Assembly: GCA_963514005.1 (NCBI GenBank)
Contig: OY740797.1
Span: forward strand, 43,586,001 to 43,650,000
DNA length: 64,000 nt
Reading direction: 5' to 3'
Origin: Raja brachyura
Taxonomy: Eukaryota
The translations under genes and the position numbers were made by a program. Position 1 is the stretch's first letter, and every line of letters starts with the position of its first letter. Below the pieces are notes generated by a model, which did no database searches, was not told the origin of the DNA, and saw nothing but the letters and a program-made list of their open reading frames with translations. Positions 51,876 through 63,669 of this stretch are shown one piece after another.

Positions 51876-54542
51876 TATCAAGAAAGTGCAAGTCTTCAAC
51901 TGACAATTGTGGACAATCTATTCTGATGTTTCAACAATACCAATTCAGATGGAAGGTAGCTTTCATAATGTAAAAATATTAAAGCAGTAATGAGAATAAA
52001 AGTAATCAGATCAAAAATTAAAGTTAATTGAAGATTGGTCTTCTGTGGGATACATTTAAAAATGGTTGCCTTATTGCATTTGATGTTGGAGAGCGAAAAT
52101 GAGGTGTCCGTACTCAGAAGACCAAGGAAAGCACTTTTAGTGAGTTTAATTTAATACGTTTTCATCCCTGATGATTACATTATAATTAGTACAGGGGGGT
52201 GCACATACAAACAAATTACATTTGCCAACTTCAAATTAAAATTTTACTTGAACAGCATGCGGAAGTAACCTTTGCTGGGCTGTTAATCCCAGTGGATTTC
52301 TGTGAAGCCCCAAGTCTTCCCTGTTTTATGTATATTTCAGTATGACTGTAGTAAGAAAGACTGTAGATCAGATGAATGTCCTTTTGTTGCATTGATACAA
52401 ATGCAAAATTAAAAGTCTGGGTCATATTATTAAAAAATATATTTTTACCTAGATCTACCTAGATCTACCTAACATCACGCAACAAACATCTGAAAGCAAA
52501 ATGCCTTTTTTGGCAAGGCAAAAATGATCAGGCAACATGGAACGTTTGTTCCACGCTGCACATGATATCTTCTTGCCAGTGCTATTAATGTATCAGGCAC
52601 AGTAAGAAAACAAATCTCAAAAATCTATTGGCTTGAAGTGGAAGTTAGGTAGTGTCTGTAAAATGAGAAAGTGAATTGATCAGTCTGCATCCTCATCCAA
52701 GAGAACTATTTGTGCAGATTTAAAACCAGCCATGGAAGAGCATTTGATGTTGGAGGAAGAAAGGAACATCAGCTAAGGAAATCATAAAGAAAGAATGTAT
52801 TGCAGTGGCATTAGGGATTTTGCGGCAACTGCTATAATAATTATGTCTGTTTGAAGAAAGGAAGCTACATGACCTCGTTTGTTAATGATATTTTAATCTT
52901 TAATATTTTGTATGTGTTTACGTGCAAAGAAGTGAGTTATTTATAGAAAAATAGTGTGTGGTGAAGATCTTCGTGCAGTTTGACTTAATATTGACAAAGT
53001 AGAAAAAAATATAGATTGATGCATTAAGTTGGAAGTAAAACAATACTCATAATTCTTCAGGATAGCTACGCAGTTTTTCATTCATGTATACATCGTTTGG
53101 CTATATCCGAACCATATCATGCGTATTTCACTGTATGTGCGCCCCAAGACATCAGACTAAAATTTTTACAAAAATACGTTTGATAAATTTGTGTGCACTT
53201 TTACTCTGCATGTTGGTTTCATACTGAATGCGTGTAAATTAAAGGGGCACTGGGCCTGAATCTGTCTGACAATCACACAGACTGAATGGACCGATGGGTT
53301 GCCATTTTCAAATTTCACCAATCAAAATAAAGATAAAGACCTTCTTTAACTAATTTTTTTCACGGTAGTGTCTGAGGTCATAACTAACATCAATTACACG
53401 TTGAGCCCCAGCTGGAAGGGAATTTTTGATGAAAAGTCCACCCCTCCACCATCCTAAATCGCCGCAATGCCACAAATAGATCAAACAAATTGAGTTTGTT
53501 TTTTTTTCACTGCTGGTATGGACATCGTGTGCAGCTCAAAGGGAAGCTGTGCCTGAAGCTGGTCTTGGGCTGAGCAAACTATAACCACTATGTTTATGGG
53601 ATGCTGCGCTGAGTAATTGCTGATGAACACGAGTATAGATGTGTTAGATCAAAGCAGACATTCTGAAACTAACCCTTTAAAGAGAATTGTAATAAAATTA
53701 AGTGCTGTCCTTGAAATACTTAAATCGTTAATAGTTCTTGTACATTGAGAAGCTGATGACAAAATATTTAGGCTTATTAGCCAGCTATGAGTAGGTCTGA
53801 AAAGGCTGAAAATGATCTAAAGTTCAGTTTGCTATCTTTCAAACTAATGACAGTATCATAGTTTGCTAGATGAATACATGTTAATATTTTGTGTCTTGTT
53901 TGGCTATGCGGAGATAAAGTCTGGAACACATTGATGTCAGATTTCTTCAAAGTAAAGAAAATCCAGCGCTTGAATCTTCCCTTCCCTGCATGGCTTCTGC
54001 CACACACCGTAGCTGCCTAGTTTACCAATGGCCTGTTGATCGATCTGTTCGGCTCCTGCAACACGTTTCTTCACCTCCAGAAGGAAGCTTGATACTCTTA
54101 TGTATTATTTAGACTTTTCCCCAAAGACGCTGTTTCTACAAATAACTGGTCAATGTCAGAGCAGTAACTGTTTCACTTTTTCCCAACTTCGAGCTTACCA
54201 ATTACCAATAAATTGCTCCAGCCCATGAGATGGACTGTTCATTAGCTTGTTGCTGTTAGTCAAAATGTGGCTAAACAGAGGTCTGTATGAGTGGCAGGGA
54301 AATTACTTCGAAACTACTTTATTTAGAGATGGTGTGATAGCCTTAATTTTCTATCCTGGCCCCTTTCAATCCTCACATGCTCACCTACCAAACAGCAATT
54401 TGATCTTTTTTTTTAAAAGCCAGAGTTTCGATCGATGTACTACGGCAGGAATTAAAATGGGCACTTTGGTTTATGATTTTTGCCATTGAGTCAGTTTGAA
54501 ATAAGTACCTTCCCAAACTTTGGAAACAAATCTAACAAATTA

Positions 54543-54842
54543 GGGCAGCACGGTGGTGCAGCGATAGAGTTGATGCCTGCAGCGCCTGCAGTGCCAGAGA
54601 CCCGGGTTTGATCCCGACCACGGGTGCTGCCTGTACGGAGTTTGTATGTTCTCCCCGTGACCGGGTTGTTTTTCTCCGAGATCTTTGGTTTACCCCCACA
54701 CTCCAAAGACATACAGGTTTGTAGGTTAATTGGCTTGGTATAAGTGTAAATTGTCTCCAGTGTGTGTAAGATAGTATTAATGTGCAGTGTCGCTGGTCGG
54801 TGCAGTTGTTTCTACGCTGTATCTCTATGCTAAAGTAAACTA
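54543..54842 (+). mobile_element. HE1-like V-SINE
   Basis: gggcagcacggtggtgcagcgatagag head, gggtttgatccc B box, V-domain and gtatctcta tail. Confidence 0.85.
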
Positions 54843-55379
54843 TAATAAATTTAGCAGAAACTGTGAAAGAAAACTTGAGTTGATTTGAAGTGGGACTCAT
54901 TTTAAATATTTCAGTATTTCTTGGCCAGTGTAGTTTGGAATATTGATTCTTGGTACTGACGTACTGAAGCTTTCATGCGTTCATAATGCTGGCATGGAAA
55001 GGCAGACATTTCTTTTTAGTTAATATTCTAAATTAATTTTTTTTGCTAATTTATGTTTTGTGGTATCCCATACATCCATTTCCCAGAGATTTTTTTATGA
55101 ATAAGCCGAGTATTCAAAGTATTGGCACGTCAAATCTGTCATGTGTCTTAGATTAGAATTTGCATCTTGCAAATTGCCTGACTTCAGAGTCTTTGAATTA
55201 GTTTGACAGAAAAAGTTGTGGTTTGTGGTAAATAGCTTCAGTAGATTTCTGTTGGTTGAATATTAACAGGTGATAGTAGAACTGTTTCTTATGGTTTTAT
55301 TTCAGGATAAGCTTGGGTCTTCCCCACATTTTGTTCACTAACCTCCCATCTTGCAAATCAGGCTGTTGAAGGTACACTC

Positions 55380-56070
55380 TGGGATATAGATCTGCTACAG
55401 AAATGGGAGAGAAATGGCAGATGAAATGTAATCCGAGCAAGTGAGAGGTGTTGCACATTGGGAGGTCAAATGTAAGGGGGAAAATATACAATTAATGGCG
55501 GGACCCTCAACAGCATTTATGTGCAGAGGGAATCTGGGGTCCAAGTCCATAACACGCTGAAAGTGGCGCACAGGTTGAGTGGCAAAGAAGGCATATGGTA
55601 GGCTTGTTTATCATAGGTTGGGGCATTGAGTATAAGCGTCAGGGACTCATGTTGCAGCTTTACAGGACTTTGGTCAGGCTGCATTAGGGAGTCCTAATAG
55701 ATTAGGTTGGATAGATTTGCATCATTTACTGGAATGCCAGAGTTTGTGGGAAGACCTGACGGAAGTATATCAAATTAGGAAAAGTATAGATAGGGTAGAC
55801 AGTCTGAACCTTTTTCCCAGGATGGAAACATCAAATACTAGAGGCCATTGGTTTGAGGCCAGAGGGGCACATTTTGAAGAAGTGGTGCAGAGGATGGTGA
55901 GTGGTGGTTGTGGTAGATATCACAGTGGTATTGAAGAGACTTTTGGATAGGCATATAGATGTACAGGGGTTGGAGTGATATGCATCGTGTACAGACAGAT
56001 AAGAGTTTGTGATGGCACAGACATTGTGGGATGAAGGGCCTGTTCTAGTGCTGTACTGTCATATGTTCTA
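55380..56070 (+). mobile_element. CR1 LINE ORF2 3' part with deletions
   Basis: tggcagatgaaatgtaatccgagcaagtgagaggtgttgcac (WQMxFNxxKCEVxH), DLTEVYQIRKSIDRVDSLNLFPRMETSNTRGH, and the 3' UTR. Confidence 0.85.
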
Positions 56071-56559
56071 ACACCAGTTTCCTTATGCATTGAAGTCCAA
56101 AAATGCCTGTAAGCATATGGACAGACCTTTCTTAACCCTCTCACCTCTTGCATATTTCCGCTGCTCTTTGCATTGCGACACCTTCTATTTGTATCTTTCC
56201 TTTAAAATTTAATATGGAATCAAACTTCAGAAATTCAAAACCCTTCAAAAATAATTTCAGGCCACAATCTTAAAGTCACGGATGAGAAATACATATCTAG
56301 GAAATTTCAGGCAGACTGGAATGGGATTCGTAGATAGGTGGATCATTACTGCACCTACTTTGTATAAATAAGGTGGACTTTGAAATGCTTAAAAGATGCT
56401 TCAGCTTGGTGGGTGATCAAACTACTGAGGTGAGGATAAAAAGGATAAAAGGTTTGCACTAGTGTATATATACCAAATAGATTTACTTTGGAGATAAAAA
56501 AGAGGATATATAATGTGATGACAGAAGGCCATGTTGAATTATAAACTAAATCCTGGTTA

Positions 56560-57095
56560 GGAAATGAACAATGAACCTCACCTTCTCTTCCACACCCCAC
56601 TGCGTACAGCTTTCTGTCCACTCTCCTCTCCCCCCGCCACCCAATTCCTTCCCCCTTCCTCCATTCAACTCATCTTCCACCCCTCCATATATTCCATCTT
56701 CCCCCACTCCCCTTCCACTCACCGTCACTCCCACTGGTTCCACACATCGCTTCCCATCTTTCTTTCTTGTCAGATTCCACATCTGCACCTGTCGCTTCTC
56801 CGTCACCTCCCACCTTGGTTACTATCTCCACCCATCTCTATTTCCACCTGTCTCCTACCTGACTCATATGCCAAACAACCCCATCCCACCTGAATCTGCC
56901 TACCTCTTGCCAGTTCTCGCCCCACCCCTTCCCCTCACCTCTCTGTACCACCCATCTCCCCTCTACTCCCATCAGCCTGAAAAAGGGTCCCGACCCAAAA
57001 CGTTGCCTGTCCATTTTCCCTCCACAGATGCTCATTGCCCTGCTGAGTTCTTCCAGCAATTTGTTTGCTATTGAAGATTCCAGCATCTGCACTCT
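56560..57095 (+). mobile_element. Penelope-like C-rich 3' UTR plus terminal repeat
   Basis: Long C/T-rich tract ending cagcCTGAAAAagggtcccgacccAAAACGTT...tccacagatgct...cagcatctgcac. Confidence 0.7.
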
Positions 57096-57499
57096 CTAGT
57101 GTAACTCTTAATAACAATTTAATTGATTCACCAATATATTTAAAGAAAGGAAATCTGCTGATGTCACATTGCTATCTGCCCATGTTACCCAAAATACATT
57201 CCTGGTGATGTCAATGCTTTTTATAGTATACTTTGTTTCCAAAATTTGATTCCATTGCAGGTCAAATTTAGAACCAATATTAAACATGCACTTACCACTA
57301 TATTGAATGATGAGAGCTGCTGAATGTCTAAGTGAAAGTGAAGTCCAGTCTTATGCCAATATGGATGACTTGTAATTTGAGGTCATCAAGGAATGAGCTA
57401 AAAAACGCTTCCATTGCCAGCAATGCCCGCTTCTCAAGGGTGAGTTGAAAAGGGCAACAGAAATGTAGAAAGAAAGAGTGGATGGAGTAGGTTATACAT

Positions 57500-57850
57500 A
57501 AATGTTAGAAATCTTGAGGAGATTAGATAGGGTCAATGCACAGCCTCTTAACCGAAGGGAAATCAAGACCCAGAACACCCAGGTTTAAGGTGAAGGGGGA
57601 ACGATTTGATAGGAACCCGAGGGGCACCCTTTTTACACAATGGGTGGTGGATGTATGGAACAAGCTGCCAGGTGAATTGATTGAGGCAGGTGTTATCACA
57701 ACGTACAAAATACATTTGGACTGGTACATGAATAGGATAGTTTTGGAGCCAAATTCAGACAGGTGGGACTAGTGTAAATGGAGCATGTTGGCCAGCGTGG
57801 GCAGGTTGTGCTGAAGGGGCTGTTTCCATGCTGTATGACTCTATGACAAT
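57500..57850 (+). mobile_element. CR1 LINE 3' fragment
   Basis: RFKVKGERFDRNPRGTLFTQWVVDVWNKLPGELIEAG. Confidence 0.88.
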
Positions 57851-58259
57851 CAGCAAGGGGAAGGAACACATGTGAACTCTCAAAGGTATAAATGCTTGGG
57901 AAGTGAGTGATGCCTGCACAGAGGTGGAGCTGTCTAACAATAAGCATAAAGGCCCAGGGAAGTCACAACATCAGAGAGGCCTCAGGGAAGACAAACTCAC
58001 TTGGGACACAGTTAAATGAGGGAAAGGCACTAGTGGCAGCTCGTTGCATACTTTCAGGCCAAACACCTGAAAGTCATCAGATATTTGACTGGGTAATGAT
58101 GAGACCGATAGCCCAATGAGGATGTCTGGAAATGATAATGACCTGAACTAACAAGTCATGGGTGGCTGGAAAGGGGAACTTGACATAAAGTTGTTGGACA
58201 TTAGGAACATTAAACTAAACAGTGAGGTGATGGACCAGCTGGTAAATGTGGTGCCTTGA

Positions 58260-58678
58260 GGACAGACACAAAGTGCTGGAGCAACTCAGCGGGTCAGGCA
58301 GCATCTCTGGAGAACTTGGATAGGTGACGTTTCGGGATGGGACCCTTCTTCAGCCTGATTGCGGAGAGGAGGGGGGGGAGAGAATCTGGGAGAGAGAAAA
58401 GGCAGGACAAAGTGTGGCAGGTAATAGGTAGATATATATAAAGGGGGGGGGGGGGGGGGTGATAGGCAGATAGTTGGAACAAAGGCCAGAGATAAACTGA
58501 GCTGAACTGATGGAGGTGTTGCAAATTGTGAAGCAAGAGGAAGGAATGGAGGAGGGAGGGGAACGGAGAAATAGGTAGGGGAACAGGAGGGGGGGGGGGG
58601 GGGAGAGTAGGGGGTGTGGGGGATAATGGAGAAGGGGATTATTAGAGGTTACCTAAAATTGACGAATACAACGTTCCC
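58260..58678 (-). mobile_element. Penelope 3' end: ORF terminus, UTR and terminal repeat
   Basis: Minus strand aac gtt gta ttc gtc aat ttt agg taa (cf. Penelope ...N-x-E-F-S-N-F-R*), a C-rich UTR, and caggCTGAAGAagggtcccatcccGAAACGTCacc. Confidence 0.8.
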
Positions 58679-59699
58679 TTGGTCGCTTGGTCTGGTAAAG
58701 GGAGACGGAAAGGCCAGAGCCTGAATATTGATGAGTACTGAACCTTCAGAAAGGACTAATGTAGTAGGGTCCTCACATAGTAAAGAGACCCCTTATTAGA
58801 GGACACAGGGACACTCTAGGGCTAGTGTTGAAAAGAAATCTAAATAAAACAAGTATAAATGCGGTGTGTTTACTTGAAGTACGATGGAATAGAAGGTAGT
58901 CTGGCTTTTTGGAGTAAGCCAAGGGTATTTGACTACAGCAGCAGAAAATAGTCAAAAGTCGAGAGAGGGAAAATTCAAAGTATAAAGGGCCAAGTAACGT
59001 ACAAAGTTGAATTCATTTAGGAAATCGAGACAACTGTCAATGAAACATATTTAACTTTGCTGGCAAAAATTGTTCTGGAAACCCGATGAGTTTAAGGGAT
59101 GAAAAAAATTATAACTTAATTTCCCTCCACCCGTTGGCTGGATGAGGTTCAGTAACATCCAAGTAAGCAGCTTGGCCACATGGAATTTGTCAGAACATAG
59201 ACAGAGAAGCAGCCTATTCAGCCCCACGAATATGGACACGCATTCAGTTAGATCACAGCTAATACAGTATATAACTCATCTCTTTCCACCCACCTTTTCC
59301 TTTTGATATACCTGCAATGGAATATCCTTTCCTGCGCACACTGAACTAGACGAGTTAATCTCAGCTTTTAAATTTCACTTTCAATACCTGCAGTGTTTTG
59401 GTGGAAGAAGTCACTGCCCTTACGAAACAAAACTGTATGTCAATTACCTAAAGGGTCTGGCTCCAGTTTATTTCAATCCCCTTGGGGAATCCAGGGACTA
59501 CTTACAATGGGTTCAACGGCTCTTATGCACACATGCTCTGTGAACACATGGTTCTGTGCCCTCATTCACACCGTATCCCATTCATCCGTCACCACGATTT
59601 TGCTGACGCACAGTTAAGTGGCATGTCGATTCACCCACGTCTTCAACTCTGTCCTCTTCTCTCTCTAAAATCCCCTCCCATTATGCAAGCATTTTGCAA

Positions 59700-59850
59700 T
59701 CCCAATGTCTTGATAATCCCTCAATTTTAACAGCTACATCATTGATGTCCGCAGATTCTGTTGCAAAGGCAATAAGTTCTGGACAGGTTTCCCCGTGCCT
59801 TCGTGGTGCTAATTAAAAACTCTCTGGTTGGTCAAGGCATTGGTCACCTC
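59700..59850 (+). mobile_element. Old L2-like LINE 3' remnant
   Basis: cctcaattttaacagctacatcattgatgtccgc...aagttctgga...ttaaaaactctctggttggtcaaggcattggtcacct resembles shark L2 tails. Confidence 0.4.
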
Positions 59851-59966
59851 TACTCATCTGCTCATGCTGACCTTGTTTGATAATGCTGCTGTGGAACCCA
59901 CCTGGGGACTTTTCGTTGCATTAAATGAGCTATGTGAATACAAGTTGTTCATCGTGTTGTAATTGA

Positions 59967-60161
59967 AGGGCCTGTCCCACTTGGGCATCATTTGCACATC
60001 ACGCAGATGATGTACGAAGATTTTGTACATCCCAAAATCCTGGGGTGCCACTTGCGACCCTGCCTACATCACCGCGCACCATGCGTGCGTAATGCGCACC
60101 ACGCGCGCATCGTGACGCATAAATAATGTCGCGCAAATGACACCCAAGTGGAACAGGCCCT
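59967..60161. mobile_element. PIF/Harbinger-type MITE
   Basis: TIRs AGGGCCTGTCCCACTTGGG / CCCAAGTGGAACAGGCCCT extending to tcatttgc/gcaaatga; TGA/TTA flanks. Confidence 0.82.
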
Positions 60162-60314
60162 TTAGTCACTAGAGTCTAGAATAAACACTTCAGTATGGAG
60201 GCTGTAGTAGAGATATCCCACTCACGAATAGAGAAAGTGGGAATATGCGCACAGACACTCCCTGTTTTTGTGATTATCAGCTTTTGTTTGGGAAACACAA
60301 AAATGTGGCAGCAT

Positions 60315-60914
60315 TAGAAACATAGAAACATAGAAATTAGGTGCAGGAGTAGGCCATTCGGCCCTTCGAGCCTGCACCGCCATTCAATATGATCATGGCT
60401 TGTCATCCAACTCAGTATTCCGTACCTACCTTCTCTCCATACCCTCTGATCCCCTTAGCCACAAGGGCCACATCTAACTCCCTCTTAAATATAGCCAATG
60501 AACTGGCCTCAACTACCCTCTGTGGCAGAGAGTTCCAGAGACCCACCACTCTCTGTGTGAAATAACTCCTTCTCATCTCGGTCCTTAAGGATTTCCCCCT
60601 TATCCTTAAGCCGTGACCCTTTGTCCTGGACCTCCCCAAGATCGGGAACAATCTTCCAGCAGGTAGCCTGTCCAACCCCTTAAGAATTTTGTAAGTTTCT
60701 ATAAGATCCCCTCTCAATCTCCTAAATTCTAGAGAGTATAAACCGAGTCTATCCAGTCTTTTTTCATAAGACAGTCCTGACATCCCAGGAATCAATCTGG
60801 TGAACCTTCTGTGCACTCCCTCTATGGCAATAATGTCCTTCCTCAGATTAGGAGACCAAAACTGTACGCAATACTCCAGGTGTGGTCTCACCAAGACCCT
60901 GTACAACTGCAGTA
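60315..60914 (-). mobile_element. Young 5'-truncated CR1 LINE with open ORF2 C-terminus
   Basis: Uninterrupted LQLYRVLVRPHLEYCVQFWSP...RRLRGDLIETYKILKG...FTQRVVGLWNSLPQRVVEA...RGYGEK and a (tagaaaca)n tail. Confidence 0.95.
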
Positions 60915-60969
60915 GCATATTGTTCAGTCTGTGCAATAAGGAAAGGAAGTTGCTTCCTGAGCTGAGTGG

Positions 60970-61182
60970 TGTAGACCGGAACTGCAGATGCTTGTTTAAA
61001 CCGAAGATAGACACCAAAAGCTGGAGTACCTCAGCGGGTCAGACAGCATCTCTGGAGAAAAGGAATAGGCGATGTTTGGTTTCAGAAGGGTCTGAAGAAG
61101 GGTCTCAACCCGAAACGTCACCTATTCCTTTTCTCCAGAGATGCTGCCCGATCCGCTGGGTTACTCTGACTTTTTGTGTCTA
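60970..61182. mobile_element. Penelope-derived foldback with sense-strand hammerhead core
   Basis: Inverted arms gcatctctggagaaaaggaatagg / cctattccttttctccagagatgc; core at 61088-61123; imperfect TSD gcttcctgagctgagtggtgt / gcttcatgagctgaattggtgt. Confidence 0.82.
61088..61123 (+). ncRNA. Candidate minimal type I hammerhead ribozyme
   Basis: GGGT-CTGAAGA-a-GGGT ctca ACCC-GAAAC-GTC-ACCT: core boxes intact, 4-bp stem II, 4-bp stem I (one G.U), and a palindromic ACGT stem III. Activity is untested. Confidence 0.5.
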
Positions 61183-61359
61183 GCTTCATGAGCTGAATTG
61201 GTGTGGAAATGTAATCTCAGTACCTCAATGCCATTCCCATGAGGGGACAGTGAAGGGTCTTTTGTAGAAAAAGGGAAAACATGTTTCTAACGCATAAAGA
61301 AATATGTGATATATTTTGCGTGATTTTAAATACAATTTTTTTTCCTCTCGCATCCTTAG

Positions 61360-61591
61360 CACTTGCAGCAGCACGACAACACGGTGGAGACCGAGGCGTG
61401 TTACTACCATTGTTCACTGTGCAGCTACTCGACCAAGGCAAAACTTAACCTGATCCAGCACGTACGCTCCATGAAACACCAACGCAGCGAGAGCCTACGC
61501 AAACTACAGCGGCTGCAGAAGGGTTTGCCAGAGGACGATGATGACCTTGGGCAGATCTTCACCATTCGCAAGTGTCCTGCTGCTGAGACTG
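61360..61591 (+). CDS. ZFHX3: Internal coding exon of zinc finger homeobox protein 3 (ATBF1), containing one C2H2/U1-like zinc finger
   Basis: Translates to [77 protein letters not shown]. This is close to the vertebrate ZFHX3 sequence as I recall it ([36 protein letters not shown]) and unlike ZFHX4. Acceptor is a polypyrimidine tract plus ttag|CAC (AG 61358-61359); donor is G|gtaagt (61592). Length 232 bp, phase 0 in and phase 1 out. Confidence 0.95.
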
Positions 61592-63669
61592 GTAAGTACC
61601 CAGTGGTTTTTAACACGAGTCTTGCAGAGCTAGTCCAATCCTTTCTCACTGACCTGCCAAAGTCTGGAGGTTAATAAACTCATTTAAGAAAATTGTTTCT
61701 TGACACGAGTTAATTCATCAAAATACTTCAGATAGTGGAATATGTTTGATGTAGATTCTAAAGGGAATAAATCAATTTAAACACTATGGTAGATTTTATT
61801 TCTTTTACGGCGAGCACATTAAAAATAAGAACCAATCGTGAGGTAATCGTCTCATCTTTTTAAAACAAATCTTCTTACAAAACCGTAAACATTATTTCAT
61901 TTGTTATTCCCACTTCCTGATCCACGAAGGGACCTTGAATAGGCTTCTGTTACCCTTGTCTTACTTCCACTGGTACTGGCATCAATGCCAATAATTACAA
62001 CAGCGGCATATTTAAACTGGATGTTCCTTGCATGCAAAATAATATACCATCACTCTTGAGACAATTATAAAGCTGTAACTGATCACAGTTAAACATTACT
62101 AACCACCTGTGTGAGAAAGAACCACCTCGTGTATAAGGAGTATCATTGGTGCAGGATAATGTGGTCAATGTTAATGTATATGAAACATTTAAGTTAAAAA
62201 TAAAGTTTTTTAATGAAAAGCAAGCAATAATTCTACCAATAACAGAAGGTTTTATGATGTTAAACTGACGGCATTATCCCACTCTTCCCTTTTCTTATCA
62301 GCACTTAGAGAATCAGCCATCTAGTGAACATAGATATTGCCAGAAATTGGGTCTCATGACGAAATTAATGACTTATTGGCCCAAATGAATGCATTTGAAG
62401 AGCATAAGCATGAGGTGCTTGGCAAATAGAAAAAGTACTAAATGGAAATGGTAAAATGATAATGTTGAAGGTTGGAAATAATCGATTGGTCTCCAAGTGT
62501 GAGCAGCTTGTTAAGCCATGTTGCTGTAGCTAATTTCCTGAGAGTAGACTTGCGGTTGTGATACTGAAAAGCAGAATGGAAGATATCATTTAAAAGCATG
62601 CAGTGCCAAAGTGTAACATTGAATTCAGTGTATCTGAATATTTGTTATTTCGAAAATTTTATTCCCGGCAAACCGCTTTAAAATCAAGATAGACACCAGA
62701 ATCTGAGAGGCAATTCACCAACAGAACTTCTAGGGAATCCCAACAAGGTTTGGTTCTATGATTCCATGCACTGTGCATGCTTGCCAGTCCAAAACGTATC
62801 TGTTCTGAATGTTTGATCGTCAAAGAGTTCCAAGCTCAATGTGGTCTTTGGGGAGAAATGTGGTGGCCTTTTTAAATATATTTCCCCTGTGACAAGCTAT
62901 GACATGGCACTTTTGGTGCTGTCCTCAGCAATTCAAGCTTATAAAATCTATGTAATTTAACAGATGTCCTAATTGGAAATGGAAAAGAAAGCCTGGACAA
63001 TTGCTCATTTGGGAACAGCTATATCTTTAAAACAGTGTAAATGGTAGATCTGAAAAATGACTCAATTGCCAAAGTGTTTTAACTGTGCATTTATTTAAGC
63101 ATTTTGACAGATGGTTGAGTTTTGATCCCACTATTATTTCACAGCAATAAGGATGGAAGAATACGCAAATTCTTCAGCTGTCCTAAAGCACTTTTTTGAA
63201 GTGTAGTCACTTTTGCAGCGGGCAACTCTAGCAAAGGATCTGCACACCACAAGGGCACACAAAAGACAATGAAACAAATGATGGGTTATTTTGATGTCTT
63301 TAATGGTTTTAGTTGAGAAATAAATGTTTTTTTTTTGCTCCTGAAAACTCCCTTGGCATTCTTCATGTGGTGGCATAGAATATTTTTTTACATCCAACTG
63401 CAACTATTTTTTTGATTGTGAATGATGCCGGTGTTATTGTTGCAGTTGGACACCTTGAATAAAGCATATAGAACTGATCAAGGCATTTAATGTGGGTTGG
63501 TTTTCTATTCCATCTGGGAGTGGCTTTTCGAAGAATTTGCAGAGATTCTGAAGAAGTGGACACTGTAGTAAAATTGCTGGGACATGTAAATCAACACAAC
63601 ATTAAAAAATGAGCCATTGCGTAAAGGGTGGAAATCGTAAGTGTGAAGACATTACGTAAGCCCAGGCTT

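Larger units (their letters stand above)
1..61359 (+). other. ZFHX3: Long ZFHX3 intron upstream of the exon (starts outside the window)
   Basis: The exon is internal, with an acceptor and no start context. No other ZFHX-like exon was recognised upstream, and vertebrate ZFHX3 has very large introns here. Small alternative exons cannot be excluded. Confidence 0.75.

Noticed and set aside
56564-57074. Pro/Ser-rich ORFs
   Set aside because: Low-complexity translation of a C-rich Penelope UTR.
60412-61017. 201-aa ORF as a host gene
   Set aside because: It is the CR1 ORF2 C-terminus, extended by chance through flanking DNA and a Penelope repeat.
1-61359. Remaining 60-180 aa ORFs in the track
   Set aside because: They are either transposon-derived or lack recognisable domains and splice context, and are of the size expected by chance with alternative start codons.
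61592-61674. C-terminal part of ORF 61363-61674 (KYPVVFNTS...)
   Set aside because: It lies beyond the GTAAGT donor and is intronic read-through with no ZFHX3 similarity.
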